A DNA stretch of 64,000 nt from Marinobacter sp. (GCA_035306945.1 DATGNB010000084.1:6038-70037); one strand, 5' to 3'; shown: positions 1 through 10,044, numbered from the stretch's first letter. Notes: generated from the letters alone by a model not told the origin. Numbers and translations: made by a program.

Positions 1-348
1 TACAACCTGCCACCGCAAATGCTGTCGGCGAATGAAGAAATCCATACCCTGCAAATCATCCGCGAGGGCCTGTCGAACGCAGTCAGGCATGCCGATGCCA
101 GTGAGATCCTGGTGAGCGTGCTGTTCGAGTCGCCCCGGGTACGGGTGAGCATTCAGGACAATGGCAAGGGCCTGCCCGGCAGCGGGCAGCCCCCGAGCCA
201 TTATGGCCTGATCATCATGCAGGACCGTGCCCGTACCCTGGGCGGCCAGATGCTGGTAAGAAACCGGAGTGAGGGTGGCGTGGAAGTCGCCCTGACCTTT
301 GTACCCAAAAGCCGGAACCTGATCCCGGCGGAAGCCTCACAGGCGTAA
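1..348 (+). CDS. narX: Nitrate-responsive sensor histidine kinase, C-terminal part (5'-truncated by window)
   Basis: HATPase motifs [31 protein letters not shown] typical of NarX/NarQ; frame open from base 1; directly upstream of narL. Confidence 0.85.
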   Translation, partial: YNLPPQMLSANEEIHTLQIIREGLSNAVRHADASEILVSVLFESPRVRVSIQDNGKGLPGSGQPPSHYGLIIMQDRARTLGGQMLVRNRSEGGVEVALTFVPKSRNLIPAEASQA

Positions 349-368
349 GCCAAACCAAGAGAGAAACA

Positions 369-1028
369 ATGTCTGAGACCCCTGCAAGTATTCTGTTGAT
401 TGACGACCATCCCCTGCTGCGCCAGGGGATCAGGCAGCTGATCGCGATGGAAGATGACATGGAGGTGATCGGCGAAGCCAGCTGTGCTGCCGACGGTATC
501 CGCCTGGCCATCGAACAGGAACCAGACCTGATTCTGATGGATCTGAACATGCCTGAAATGGACGGTATCGAGGCACTGAAAAAGCTTCGGGAACAAAACG
601 TTGCGTCCCGAATCGTGATGTTCACCGTGTCCGATCAGGAAGACGATGTGGTCTCTGCCCTGCGGGCCGGTGCCGATGGCTACCTGCTCAAGGACATGGA
701 ACCGGAAGACATGATCAGCCAGTTACATCAGGCCGCCGTGGGCAAAATGGTGATCAGTGACCGTCTCACCACACTGTTGGCCGAGGCCCTGCGCTCCAAC
801 AAGCCCCAGCCCAGCAGCCGTCCGGATTTCGACAGCCTGACCCCGCGGGAGAAAGATATCCTCCGGCTGATCGCAGAAGGCCTGTCCAACAAGATGATCG
901 GGCGCCGGCTCGACATCAGTGACGGTACCGTCAAGGTGCACGTCAAGCATCTGCTCAAAAAGCTCAACCTGCGCTCACGGGTTGAAGTGGCAGTCTGGGC
1001 GGTGGAAGAGGGCCTGCACAAGTCCTGA
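369..1028 (+). CDS. narL: Nitrate response regulator NarL
   Basis: Receiver ([18 protein letters not shown]) plus Lux[13 protein letters not shown]...[27 protein letters not shown]. Confidence 0.93.
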   Translation: MSETPASILLIDDHPLLRQGIRQLIAMEDDMEVIGEASCAADGIRLAIEQEPDLILMDLNMPEMDGIEALKKLREQNVASRIVMFTVSDQEDDVVSALRAGADGYLLKDMEPEDMISQLHQAAVGKMVISDRLTTLLAEALRSNKPQPSSRPDFDSLTPREKDILRLIAEGLSNKMIGRRLDISDGTVKVHVKHLLKKLNLRSRVEVAVWAVEEGLHKS

Positions 1029-1051
1029 GCCGCACCGGATCGGCGTTCTCT

Positions 1052-1093
1052 CTGAGTTAAGTCAAAGCCACAAGCGCCAGCTTCCGCTAGGCT
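1052..1093 (+). promoter_or_regulatory. FNR/ANR-type class II promoter of ubiT
   Basis: CTGAG-TTAA-GTCAA (1052-1065) and -10 TAGGCT (1088-1093) at -41.5 spacing. Confidence 0.65.
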
Positions 1094-1128
1094 TTCCTGA
1101 TTGTCGTTCCCAATCAGGAGAGTCCGCC

Positions 1129-1614
1129 ATGCTGCCCCCCCTCGCCAGCCAGACTCTGGCCATCCTCAAAGAGTACGCCCCGTCGCCGGCTCCCCTTCTG
1201 GAGGCGATTGATACCCGCATTCCTCTGCCCTTTAAACAGCTGGCCGCCGAGGCGCCCCTGAACCGGCTGTTTGCCAAGGCCATTGCCGAGGGCGAGTTTG
1301 ATGATTTTGACGGCCGCCGCATCCGGCTGGAACTCAACAGCGGCCAGCCAGGCATTACCCTGGGCTTCTGGGCCGGCCGGTTGCGGGTGCTGACCGGCCC
1401 CGGTGAAGCCGTCATCCGGGGCTCCCTGAGCGCGTTCCGAACCCTTGCCGATCAGTCACAGGACCCGGATCAGCTGTTCTTCCAGCGCCGACTGGTGATC
1501 GAGGGTGATACCGAACTGGGACTGGCGCTGAAAAACCTGCTCGACAGCCTGGAGTGGCGCCTGCAGCTGAGGGATCTGCTGCCGCCCCCGTTACTGTTTC
1601 AGCGCTTCATGTAG
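1129..1614 (+). CDS. ubiT: Anaerobic ubiquinone biosynthesis accessory factor UbiT (SCP2 domain)
   Basis: QDPDQLFFQRRLVIEGDTELGLALKNLLDS motif; AGGAG RBS before ATG 1129; ubiUV nearby. Confidence 0.9.
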   Translation: MLPPLASQTLAILKEYAPSPAPLLEAIDTRIPLPFKQLAAEAPLNRLFAKAIAEGEFDDFDGRRIRLELNSGQPGITLGFWAGRLRVLTGPGEAVIRGSLSAFRTLADQSQDPDQLFFQRRLVIEGDTELGLALKNLLDSLEWRLQLRDLLPPPLLFQRFM

Positions 1615-3294
1615 CATCGCCGGCGTACGCTCAGCTTCCACCACACCGGTACGCACCAGGAAATCGCCGAAGTGCTCGCCACTCCGCCGCTGCTCCCGGT
1701 ACGCCCTGAACAGGGGTCGCAACTCTGCCAGCACCGTTGCTACGTCGATGTTCTCCCGGTACAGACGATTCATTCTCTGGCCCGAGAAATCAGCCCCCAG
1801 ATACAGGTTGTATCTGCCGATCGCCTTGCCGGTGAGAGCAATCTCTCCCAGATAGGGACGGGCACAACCATTGGGGCAACCGGTCACCCGGATATTGATG
1901 GCGTCCGGCTCCAGGTTTTCCTCCGCCAGCAGGCGTTCTATCTGGTCAATAAATCCAGGCAAAAAGCGCTCCGACTCCGCCATGGCCAGCCCGCAGGTAG
2001 GCAATGCCACACACGCCATGGAATGCTGGCGCAGCGGCGAGCTGCGGTCGCCGGCATCAAGTCCATACTCCCTTACCAGGGCATCAATCGCCCCCCGCTG
2101 ATCGGCGGGTACCCCGGCGATCACCAGATTCTGGTTACAGGTAATGCGAAAATCGCCGTGATGAATCTCGGCAATCCGGCGCAACGCTGTGCGGATCTGT
2201 CCGCCCTCGGGCGTATCGGCCACCCGCCCGGTGGGGATCAGTAAGGTCAGATGGTGCAGGCCATCTTCACCTTCCACCCAGCCAAAGCGGTCGCCGTTAC
2301 TGGTGAGGCTGAAACTGCGCGGGCGCTCGAACCCGTGCCCGTGGTACTCCTGAAACCGGTCACGAAACCAGTCCATCCCGTAGTCATCAATTGTGTACTT
2401 GAACCGCGCGTGACCGCGATTGGTGCGGTCCCCGTAGTCCCGCTGGATGGCACAGATGGCCTCGCAGGCATCCTCAATCCGTTCCCTGGGCACGTAACCT
2501 GCCATGGTCGCCAGCCTGGGGTAGGTGGCCGGGTCGCCATAGGTCAGGCCCATGCCGCCGCCCACCACCACGTTAAAGCCCTGAATGCGATTATCCTCAA
2601 CAATAGCGATCAGCCCGATGTCGTTGGCAAACACATCGCAGTCGTTTTCCGGAGGTATCGCCAGTGCAATCTTGAATTTGCGCGGCAGGTACTTGTAACC
2701 GTAAAAGGGCTCCTCTTCCTCACCCAGCGACGCGACCCGTTCTTCGCCCAGCCATACCTCACCATAGGCGCCGGAGCGCCAGCGCAAACGGTCACTTATG
2801 GCCAGGGACAGCTGATGGATTTCGCGATGAAGATGCGATAGCTGAGGATTCACGTTGCTGATCACGTTCCGGTTAACGTCACCGCAGGCCCCCCGGGTAT
2901 CCAGCCCGAGGGCATTCACCATCTGCATGAAGGTCTGCATCTTCTCCTTGAACACGCCGTGAAACTGAAACGTCTGGCGGGTCGTCAGCCGCAGGGTGGC
3001 GTTGGCGCACTCATCCGCGATCTGGTCCAGCCCCAGCCATTGCTGGCTGGACAGCACCCCGCCGGGCAGGCGCAACCGAACCATGAACTGGTACAGGGGC
3101 TCCAGCTTCTGACGCCGGCGCTCATCCCGCACATCCCGGTCATCCTGCTGATAGCTGCCATGGAATTTGGTGAGTTTGGTGTCGTCTTCGGGTAATGCCC
3201 CGGTAGCCCTGTCCCGGAGGCCCTCCAGAATCGTCCCCCGCAGATAGTCACTTTCCCGTTTGATCACTTCAGCTTCTGGTAATTTCTGGCTCAT
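1591..3294 (-). CDS. cysI: NADPH-dependent assimilatory sulfite reductase hemoprotein subunit
   Basis: KFHGSYQQDDRD, RLTTRQTFQFHG, YLPRKFKIA, siroheme/4Fe-4S cysteines CVALPTC and GCPNGC. Confidence 0.93.
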   Translation of the reverse strand: MSQKLPEAEVIKRESDYLRGTILEGLRDRATGALPEDDTKLTKFHGSYQQDDRDVRDERRRQKLEPLYQFMVRLRLPGGVLSSQQWLGLDQIADECANATLRLTTRQTFQFHGVFKEKMQTFMQMVNALGLDTRGACGDVNRNVISNVNPQLSHLHREIHQLSLAISDRLRWRSGAYGEVWLGEERVASLGEEEEPFYGYKYLPRKFKIALAIPPENDCDVFANDIGLIAIVEDNRIQGFNVVVGGGMGLTYGDPATYPRLATMAGYVPRERIEDACEAICAIQRDYGDRTNRGHARFKYTIDDYGMDWFRDRFQEYHGHGFERPRSFSLTSNGDRFGWVEGEDGLHHLTLLIPTGRVADTPEGGQIRTALRRIAEIHHGDFRITCNQNLVIAGVPADQRGAIDALVREYGLDAGDRSSPLRQHSMACVALPTCGLAMAESERFLPGFIDQIERLLAEENLEPDAINIRVTGCPNGCARPYLGEIALTGKAIGRYNLYLGADFSGQRMNRLYRENIDVATVLAELRPLFRAYREQRRSGEHFGDFLVRTGVVEAERTPAMLHEALKQ

Positions 3295-5093
3295 CAGTAC
3301 ACATCCCGCTGGTAACGTTTATCCCGGTTGAGCTGGCGCAGGTAATCCTCGGCCTGCTCTTCGGTTCTGCCGCTGTGCTGGCAGATAATGGCCTGCAGGG
3401 CCCGGTGCACATCCGGCGCCATGCGTTCGGCATCGCCACACACATACAGGCAGGCACCGCGCTCCAGCCAGTCCCAGAGCTGGGCACCGTTCTCCTGCAG
3501 GCAATGCTGGACATAGCGTTTTTCGGCCTGATCCCGGGAAAAGGCAACATCCAGGCGCGTGAGCAAACCGTCGCGGCGCCACCTCAGCCATTCACTCTGA
3601 TACAGAAAATCGCTGCGGAAATGCCGGTCGCCGAAGACCAGCCAGTTATCTCCTTCCGCGCCCCGCTCTTCCCGCTCCTGCAGAAAGGCCCGGAACGGGG
3701 CCACACCGGTACCCGGCCCAATCATGATCAGCGGCCTGCTGTCATCGTCCGGCAGTGCGAAGTTCTTGTTGGTATCGATATACACCGGCACCTGCTGACC
3801 TTCGGCGAGCCGGTCCGCAAGCCAGACCGAGGCAACGCCCTCCCGGTCCCGGCCATGGCTGTGGTAGCGCACCGCCGCCACTGTGATGTGAACTTCGTCT
3901 TCCTCCGCCGCCTGGCTGGAGCTGATGGAATACAGGCGGGGCGGAAGCTTGCGCAGCATGGTGATCAGCTGCTGGGGCGCCAGGGAGGGTACGGGCCAGC
4001 GCCGGACCAGATCCAGTAAATCACGCCCTCCCATCCAGCTGCGCAGTTCGGCGTTGTTGTCGGCAAGCGCGCTGAGCTCTTCGTGATTCGCCAGTTCTGC
4101 CCACTGCCTGACCAGCGGCGGCGTCAGCAAGGTAATCTCCCGGTGCCGGGCCAGCGCATCGCCCAACGCAACCGGCTCATGGTCGATGTCCACGGTGGTG
4201 CCTGCGTCAAACCCCAGCGCGCTCAAAAGTTCGGCCACCAGACCGGGGGGGTTCTCGGGACACACCGCCAGGGCGTCGCCGGGCTTGTACTCCAGGCCCG
4301 AGTCTTCGAGCGACAACTCAATATGCCGAACTTCTTTGTCAGATCCGCGCCCGTTCAGAACCTGATTGGTCAGGATCGTGGCAAGGTACGGGTTTTTCCG
4401 ATGGTAGGTGACCTCAGCCGGCGCCTGTGGGGTTGTCGCGCTCTGTGCCGGGGCAGAGACGCCGGCGGCCGCGGTCATCGCCTCCAGAACCCGCTCGATC
4501 CACTGCTCCGCCGGGTCTTCGTAATCGACGTCGCAGTCAACCCGCCCGGCCAGAGTGGAAGCGCCCAGCTGCCCGAGCCGCTCGTCGAAATCCCGGGCGG
4601 TCTGGCAAAAATGTTCGTAGCTGGAATCCCCCAGGCCCAGCACGCTATAGCGCAGCTGCGTGACTTTGGGGGCTTTCTTGCCCATCAGAAATTCATGGAA
4701 GTCCAGCGCATTATCAGGCGGTTCGCCCTCGCCCTGGGTCGAGGTCACCAGCGCCAGGAACTGTTCCTGCCTGAGCTGCTTGGGCTTGTAGTCCGCCAGA
4801 TCCACCATCCGGGTCGCAACACCTTTGGCCGCAGCCCGCGCCGCCAGCTGCCCGGCCACGCCCTCGGCGTTGCCGGTCTGGGAGCCAAACAGGATGGTCA
4901 ACTCCGCGCTGCCCTGGCGGTCGCTGATGCTTGCCCCGGCTCCTGGGCTGCCGGCCTGTCCCGGCACTGCGCAGTAACCCGCCAGGTAACCCGCAAGCCA
5001 GTACAACTGATCGTTTGCCAGCCCGGCCAGTAACCGGTCGAGCTGTTGCTGTTGCTCCCCGGTAAGCGGGGAGGAAATGAGTTTGTTGGTCAT
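3294..5093 (-). CDS. cysJ: Sulfite reductase flavoprotein subunit
   Basis: Flavodoxin GSQTGNAE, FAD-binding RLYSISSS, NADPH-binding MIGPGTGVAPFR, C-terminal RYQRDVY; TGATG-coupled to cysI. Confidence 0.94.
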   Translation of the reverse strand: MTNKLISSPLTGEQQQQLDRLLAGLANDQLYWLAGYLAGYCAVPGQAGSPGAGASISDRQGSAELTILFGSQTGNAEGVAGQLAARAAAKGVATRMVDLADYKPKQLRQEQFLALVTSTQGEGEPPDNALDFHEFLMGKKAPKVTQLRYSVLGLGDSSYEHFCQTARDFDERLGQLGASTLAGRVDCDVDYEDPAEQWIERVLEAMTAAAGVSAPAQSATTPQAPAEVTYHRKNPYLATILTNQVLNGRGSDKEVRHIELSLEDSGLEYKPGDALAVCPENPPGLVAELLSALGFDAGTTVDIDHEPVALGDALARHREITLLTPPLVRQWAELANHEELSALADNNAELRSWMGGRDLLDLVRRWPVPSLAPQQLITMLRKLPPRLYSISSSQAAEEDEVHITVAAVRYHSHGRDREGVASVWLADRLAEGQQVPVYIDTNKNFALPDDDSRPLIMIGPGTGVAPFRAFLQEREERGAEGDNWLVFGDRHFRSDFLYQSEWLRWRRDGLLTRLDVAFSRDQAEKRYVQHCLQENGAQLWDWLERGACLYVCGDAERMAPDVHRALQAIICQHSGRTEEQAEDYLRQLNRDKRYQRDVY

Positions 5094-5183
5094 ATGGGTG
5101 CCACCACCTTACAGGGTGAATCGCCGCTCCCGCAGGAGCAGAACGTGGTTACCACTGTAGGAATCCGGCACAACCCCGATAAA

Positions 5184-5211
5184 TCAGATAATTCCCATGT
5201 TACTTATCTGA
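5184..5211. promoter_or_regulatory. Inverted repeat upstream of cysJ, candidate LysR/CysB-type operator
   Basis: TCAGATAA-N12-TTATCTGA in an AT-rich intergenic region. Confidence 0.35.
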
Positions 5212-5438
5212 AAAACCGATAAAAATATTAACCCCATGATCTGGCTAAGGTTTATCTATATAAACAAAAAGTCTGGCAAACATGACCTTGATCATCTCAA
5301 CACAAAGGCAACCCGAGAAGTACATCGGCCCATCGGGACTACTGCAAGCTTATTGGTTTCTGCTAGATTCCCGGGATATGGCATCTGCCGCCCTGCTGGT
5401 CAGGAACGCGGTTTAATCGAACGAGCAGGAATCGAGCA

Positions 5439-5888
5439 ATGTCCCTGACACAAAAGCTCTGCCTGAGCGCAGCAGCGTTGTTTTTTCTGACTGGCCTGCT
5501 CACGGGCATCTGGAAATACCGGTGCATGGCCACCAGCCCCAGGGCAGTAGCGCCGCGGTATGTCGATGTTGCCCATCAAAGCTCGCTGATGTACAGCTTT
5601 GCCGCCATGCTGCTGGGCTGGCTGGCCGCCTACAGTATCTACCCGCAATGGCTGAACCTGCTGGGCGCCGCAGCGGCCCTGAGTTTTTTTGCTCTGGCCA
5701 TTGGTACCTATGTCATTCACGGCGCCCTCAGAGACACCGGCAACCAGCTCCGCAAGCCTCATAAACTGGGCTCGGCAGCACTGCCCGGGTGGCTTATCCA
5801 CGGTTTTATGGTGGCGTTGATCGTGGCCGAAGTCGGTGGCTTTCTGGTGCTGGCGTCCGGAGCACTGATGGGGGTCTGGCGCGCCTGA
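5439..5888 (+). CDS. Conserved-looking four-helix integral membrane protein of unknown function
   Basis: 149 aa, about four hydrophobic segments, YVDVAHQSSLMYSFA segment; AGGA upstream. Confidence 0.7.
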   Translation: MSLTQKLCLSAAALFFLTGLLTGIWKYRCMATSPRAVAPRYVDVAHQSSLMYSFAAMLLGWLAAYSIYPQWLNLLGAAAALSFFALAIGTYVIHGALRDTGNQLRKPHKLGSAALPGWLIHGFMVALIVAEVGGFLVLASGALMGVWRA

Positions 5889-5917
5889 CCCGGCCTGCCA
5901 GCCGCGCTTTACCTCTA

Positions 5918-6811
5918 TCAGGTCGCTACCAGATCCATCCCTGGCCGGCCATACCAGTAGCCATTGCAGGGCGGTGCTTCGACCAGCCGGAGCGGGTCAG
6001 CGTCCGGCAGTTCGCCCCGGCGCACCTGGTCAAAACGCCGGACGACCTCCGCCATACCCTGATGTTCCGGGCTCAGGCGAACGGTACTCACGCCCATCCG
6101 CGCCATATCCGGCAGCTCTCGCATCAGGTCGTAGCGCGCCCCGGACAAGGTCGAGATACCGTTGATCCGAAACAGCTCCTGGTTCTCCCGTGAACGAAGT
6201 TCCATGCCATCCGGGTGCTGCAGGCAACGAAACTCGCAGTTGTCCTTGGGCAGGTTGTAATGCCGGGCGGTAAAGCAGCGGGACGACCACGCCAGCGGCA
6301 GAAAGCCCCAGGAAAACACTTCAGCGGGCAGGTCCAGACCTTCGTCATTCAGCTCCCGGATCAGCCGGGCCAGGGTTTCCTTACCGAGTTCCACGGGCAG
6401 GTTCCAGCCCTGCAGGCCTTGTCGGGCCAGAATCTTCAAGGTTGCGACGTTGTAGATGTTCATCGAGGGCCCGGTGATAAACCGAAGGCCGTTACGCACG
6501 GCCACCTGCACCGCACTCTGGTCATTGGCCTCCACCAGAAACTCGTCCTGTTCACAGAACCGGCGCAAACGCCGCAGATCCGCCTCGGATTCGATCAGGG
6601 TAAGGGTGGAAAGCACGACGTTCTTGCCACAGGCTTTCAGATCGCGGGCCAGGTCAAGCCAGTCATCCGGTTTCAGTTCCCGGCGACGGGAACAGACCAC
6701 CTCGCCAAGATAGATGGTTTCTACCGGCCATTCCGCGGCACTGGCGTAAAAATCAAACACACTTTGTTTGGACCAGAACCAGAGTATGGGGCCCAGAGAA
6801 AGTTTCATCAT
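5918..6811 (-). CDS. ubiV: O2-independent ubiquinone hydroxylase subunit UbiV (U32 family)
   Basis: [32 protein letters not shown]...CEFRC cysteine pattern; follows ubiU. Confidence 0.93.
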   Translation of the reverse strand: MMKLSLGPILWFWSKQSVFDFYASAAEWPVETIYLGEVVCSRRRELKPDDWLDLARDLKACGKNVVLSTLTLIESEADLRRLRRFCEQDEFLVEANDQSAVQVAVRNGLRFITGPSMNIYNVATLKILARQGLQGWNLPVELGKETLARLIRELNDEGLDLPAEVFSWGFLPLAWSSRCFTARHYNLPKDNCEFRCLQHPDGMELRSRENQELFRINGISTLSGARYDLMRELPDMARMGVSTVRLSPEHQGMAEVVRRFDQVRRGELPDADPLRLVEAPPCNGYWYGRPGMDLVAT

Positions 6812-6821
6812 GACAACAACC

Positions 6822-7817
6822 CTATTTCCACTTGCGATGGTAGGCACCGATGGTGGTCAGGCCACCCTCGGAGAGGCCTGAAAGCCTGGCCTGCCAGGCC
6901 GGCTCTACCTCAAACCCTTCCGGCTGTTTTTGCAGGCGATCCAGGGCCTGGCGCCAGGTACCAGCCACATCGGCGATGTAGGCCGGACTGCGCTGACGGC
7001 CTTCGATCTTGACCGCACGGATGCCCAGGCTCTGCAACTCCGGCAGGATATCCATGGTGTTGAGGCTGACCGGCTCCTCAATGGCGTGGTACACACTGCC
7101 CCCGACCTCAAACCGGCCCTTGCAGAGGGTCGGATAACCGGCAGATTCGCCGGGGCCGTAACGGTCGATCAACACGTCGTTGAGCCGGGATTCGAGCCCC
7201 TGTGGCGTCTCCTGCCAGCGCACAGCTTTGGCCGGAGAGCAGGCCCCGCGGGTATTGGGAGATTCATCGGTAAGGTAAGAAGACAGGTAACAGCGGCCCT
7301 CCGCCATGATACAAAGGCTGCCAAAGGCAAACACTTCGAGTTCGACCGGGCTGTGCCTGGCCACCGCCCGCACCTGATCCAGTGACAGTACCCGGGGCAG
7401 CACGGCACGACGGATATCGAAATTATCCTTGTAGAAAGACAACGCTTCATGGCTGGTGGCGGAGCCTTGCACCGAGAGATGGCGGGCCGTATCCGGATAG
7501 CGGGTGGCGGCGTAATCAAGCAGGCCCATATCGGCCAGAATAATGGCATCCACACCGATGGCGGCCGCGCGGTCGACGGCACCCTTCCAGTGTTCCCAGC
7601 CATCGGGTTGGGGGTAGGTGTTAATGGCACAAAAGACACGGGCGCCAGCGGCGTGAGCATACTCGATGCCTTCGGCGGCTCGTGTTTCATTGAAGTTCAG
7701 GCCGGCAAACTGGCGGGCATTGGTGCTGTCGCGAAAACCGAAGTAGACCGCGTCAGCACCATGGTCAACAGCGGCCCTGAGGGCCGGCAGGCTGCCAGCG
7801 GGACAGACAAGTTCCAT
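6822..7817 (-). CDS. ubiU: O2-independent ubiquinone hydroxylase subunit UbiU (U32 family)
   Basis: [53 protein letters not shown]. Confidence 0.95.
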   Translation of the reverse strand: MELVCPAGSLPALRAAVDHGADAVYFGFRDSTNARQFAGLNFNETRAAEGIEYAHAAGARVFCAINTYPQPDGWEHWKGAVDRAAAIGVDAIILADMGLLDYAATRYPDTARHLSVQGSATSHEALSFYKDNFDIRRAVLPRVLSLDQVRAVARHSPVELEVFAFGSLCIMAEGRCYLSSYLTDESPNTRGACSPAKAVRWQETPQGLESRLNDVLIDRYGPGESAGYPTLCKGRFEVGGSVYHAIEEPVSLNTMDILPELQSLGIRAVKIEGRQRSPAYIADVAGTWRQALDRLQKQPEGFEVEPAWQARLSGLSEGGLTTIGAYHRKWK

Positions 7818-7844
7818 GACACTCCTCCATAATATGAAGGAGTT

Positions 7845-7886
7845 AAACTACTGCCCGCGACCTGCCAGCGCATTGACCATTATCAG
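7845..7886 (-). promoter_or_regulatory. FNR/ANR-type class II promoter of ubiUV
   Basis: TTGAC-CATT-ATCAG (7873-7886) and minus-strand -10 TAGTTT (7850-7845) at -41.5 spacing. Confidence 0.7.
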
Positions 7887-7893
7887 CTTGACC

Positions 7894-8028
7894 TCAGATC
7901 AGGGCATCTCCGTTCGCACGGGCCCGGCGCATGTCCTTAAAGACGGCACCGCAGATCATGGCCAGTACGCCCAGAGTCAGGGCCGGCCACATCAGGATAT
8001 AGGCACCGTATAGCAGTTCAGTTGTCAT
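7894..8028 (-). CDS. 44-aa single-TM putative transporter small subunit (absent from ORF track)
   Basis: MTTELLYGAYILMWPALTLGVLAMICGAVFKDMRRARANGDALI; ATG overlaps the symporter stop (TAATG). Confidence 0.8.
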   Translation of the reverse strand: MTTELLYGAYILMWPALTLGVLAMICGAVFKDMRRARANGDALI

Positions 8029-9704
8029 TACGCTCCCTCCGGAATTATGTTAACTGAAGTTTCGTCATCCGCTTTGTCATAGTTACCAACCCGTCGCTGT
8101 ATCAGGTCAAAGTCAAAGCGTTCCTGCTTGCTGAGCAGGGTCATTACCGTACATACCACGGCACTCGTGCCGTAGGCGGTCAGCGAAGCCACCAGCACCT
8201 GGTAATCCCGCAGGAAACCGATGGCGTAAACCAGCATTAAAACCAGAGTGATGGCACCGGCCAGCAGGCCCACCCTGCGGCCCAGGAAACCGAAGGCCAT
8301 AAGCCCGATGACAACGGCGCCGCCCACACAGGCGAGTACCTCAAAGGCCAGAACCGTCAGGCCGGTCATTTCGAGCAGCTCAAAACGGGCCACACAGAAC
8401 ACCACCATTGCCACCGCCACAGACCAGGTGAATGCCGAGTTGGTCACCCGGTCCCAGTAACAGCTGGCGATGACCGGGAACACAATGGCTCCCCAGAGCG
8501 CGCCTACAAACACCAGCATCACCAGAATATCCAGGGAGAAACTGGCGAAGATCACACCGGCAACGGTAGCCACAATCATCGTGATCCGGCCCACCAGCAT
8601 CATCAACCGCGGGTCAGGCTTGTCCCTGGCAATATTCTTGCCGTACACGTCCGCCATCAGAATGGTAGAGAGTGCCGCCAGGTCTGAGTCTGCGGTGGAA
8701 GACAGGGAGCCGATCACCAGGATAAAGAACAGCCCCACAAAGAAAGGCGACAGGTAGGTTGAGACCATCTGCGGGATCAGGTTATTCATGTTGCCGTTGA
8801 GGGGCTCGATACCTACCGACAAGGCAATCAGGCCAATCATCCCCAAACCGATCACAATCGCCCCGTAACCCACGGTGGCGGTCAGGAAAGTGGGCTTGAT
8901 GTGCTCTTCCCGCACGGCAAACAGACGCTGGGAAATTGTCTGGTTACCTATGGCATAGGCCAGGACGGCGACAAAGAAAGGGGCCCCCTGATTCATCAGC
9001 GCTTCGACCGAGAAAAAGTTTGCCTGCTCGTCAGTCAGGTTACTGAGCCCTTCAACCATCACACTCGGGCCACCAACGGCAAACAGCACGGCCGGTATGA
9101 TCACAATGGCAATGGCCATCAGGGCCACCAGTTGGGCAAAGTCTGTAAACACCGAGGCCCGGAACCCTGAGGTGATGGTATAGGACAGCACACCAACCCC
9201 GGCCACAATGACCCCGGTCTGGAACGACAATGGCGAGAGCACAGACACCAGTGCCCCGGCGGCGGTAAAGTTCACCATCAGGCTGATAACACTGCCCAGA
9301 ATGTTGGAGCCGGCCAGGATCAACTGGCTCGACGCCCCGTGCCGGGCATGGATCAGCTCTCCGAGGGTATGGCCATTAGGCGCAAGCTTACGGAAGCGGC
9401 GACCAAACGGATAGATGAACAGGATCATCAGGGCGCCCCAGAGGCCGTAATGAATCGGCCCGGACAGCCCATAGGTATAACCGGAGGTTGCGGCAGCATA
9501 GAATGAGGCAGCCCATATCCAGGTCGCTGTCATACTGGACGCACCCATGCCAAAGCCCACCTCGTGGCCGGCAACCATAAAACCGGAAGTGTCTTCCTTA
9601 TCCTTACGGATCAGCAGGGACAGGAGATAGGTACCGCCGTAAAAGGCGGCAAGCAGCAGCAGTATCGTAATTACTGAAAATTGAGTTAATCCGCTCTCGT
9701 TCAA
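8028..9704 (-). CDS. Sodium:solute symporter (SSS family, DUR3-like)
   Basis: 558 aa multi-TM; SMTATWIWAASF, SGFRASVFTDFAQ, GSLSSTADSDL motifs; TTG start with GAGG RBS. Confidence 0.88.
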   Translation of the reverse strand: MNESGLTQFSVITILLLLAAFYGGTYLLSLLIRKDKEDTSGFMVAGHEVGFGMGASSMTATWIWAASFYAAATSGYTYGLSGPIHYGLWGALMILFIYPFGRRFRKLAPNGHTLGELIHARHGASSQLILAGSNILGSVISLMVNFTAAGALVSVLSPLSFQTGVIVAGVGVLSYTITSGFRASVFTDFAQLVALMAIAIVIIPAVLFAVGGPSVMVEGLSNLTDEQANFFSVEALMNQGAPFFVAVLAYAIGNQTISQRLFAVREEHIKPTFLTATVGYGAIVIGLGMIGLIALSVGIEPLNGNMNNLIPQMVSTYLSPFFVGLFFILVIGSLSSTADSDLAALSTILMADVYGKNIARDKPDPRLMMLVGRITMIVATVAGVIFASFSLDILVMLVFVGALWGAIVFPVIASCYWDRVTNSAFTWSVAVAMVVFCVARFELLEMTGLTVLAFEVLACVGGAVVIGLMAFGFLGRRVGLLAGAITLVLMLVYAIGFLRDYQVLVASLTAYGTSAVVCTVMTLLSKQERFDFDLIQRRVGNYDKADDETSVNIIPEGA

Positions 9705-10044
9705 GTCTCAACCTCGATTTACAACGACAACAGTCCATGAGCGACCAAATAGCCTGGTATTGGTCGGCAGGAGTGGAACTTTTCGTTTCTGGAAAGTCCG
9801 TACACGCAAAGGCTATTGCAGTGACGGCAACAACAAAGGTGGGCAGGGTGCCCGGAGATGAGACTCGCTAAGGGAAGCGCAAGTGGGCCAACAGCCCTCT
9901 GAACTCTTGATAAAACTCTTTAGATGTCATGGTAATTTTGGTCCTCTACACCAGAAAAACACTAACCCGGATGAGGGAGCGCCAAACAATACGCCTTTAG
10001 CGCGCCCTCGTCCAGTCTTTAGAGGACAGAACATTAGTGTGCAA

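Noticed and set aside
919-1128. N-terminal extensions in the ORF track for ubiT, norD, CDF, narK1, nnrS, sufT, envC and norQ
   Set aside because: They overlap upstream genes or promoters; RBS-supported downstream starts match family N-termini
5282-5295. ATGAC-CTTG-ATCAT as an FNR box near cysJ
   Set aside because: Outer bases deviate in both halves and no well-spaced -10 was identified
9800-9913. SAM-I riboswitch call from TTATCAAGAG...GAGGG...GGCCC
   Set aside because: The GCAAC, GGTGC and closing GATRA elements are not convincingly present; kept only as an unidentified structured leader
10000-10015. Guanidine-III riboswitch-like CTGGACGAGG (minus strand)
   Set aside because: The downstream consensus with the second ACG motif and pseudoknot is missing
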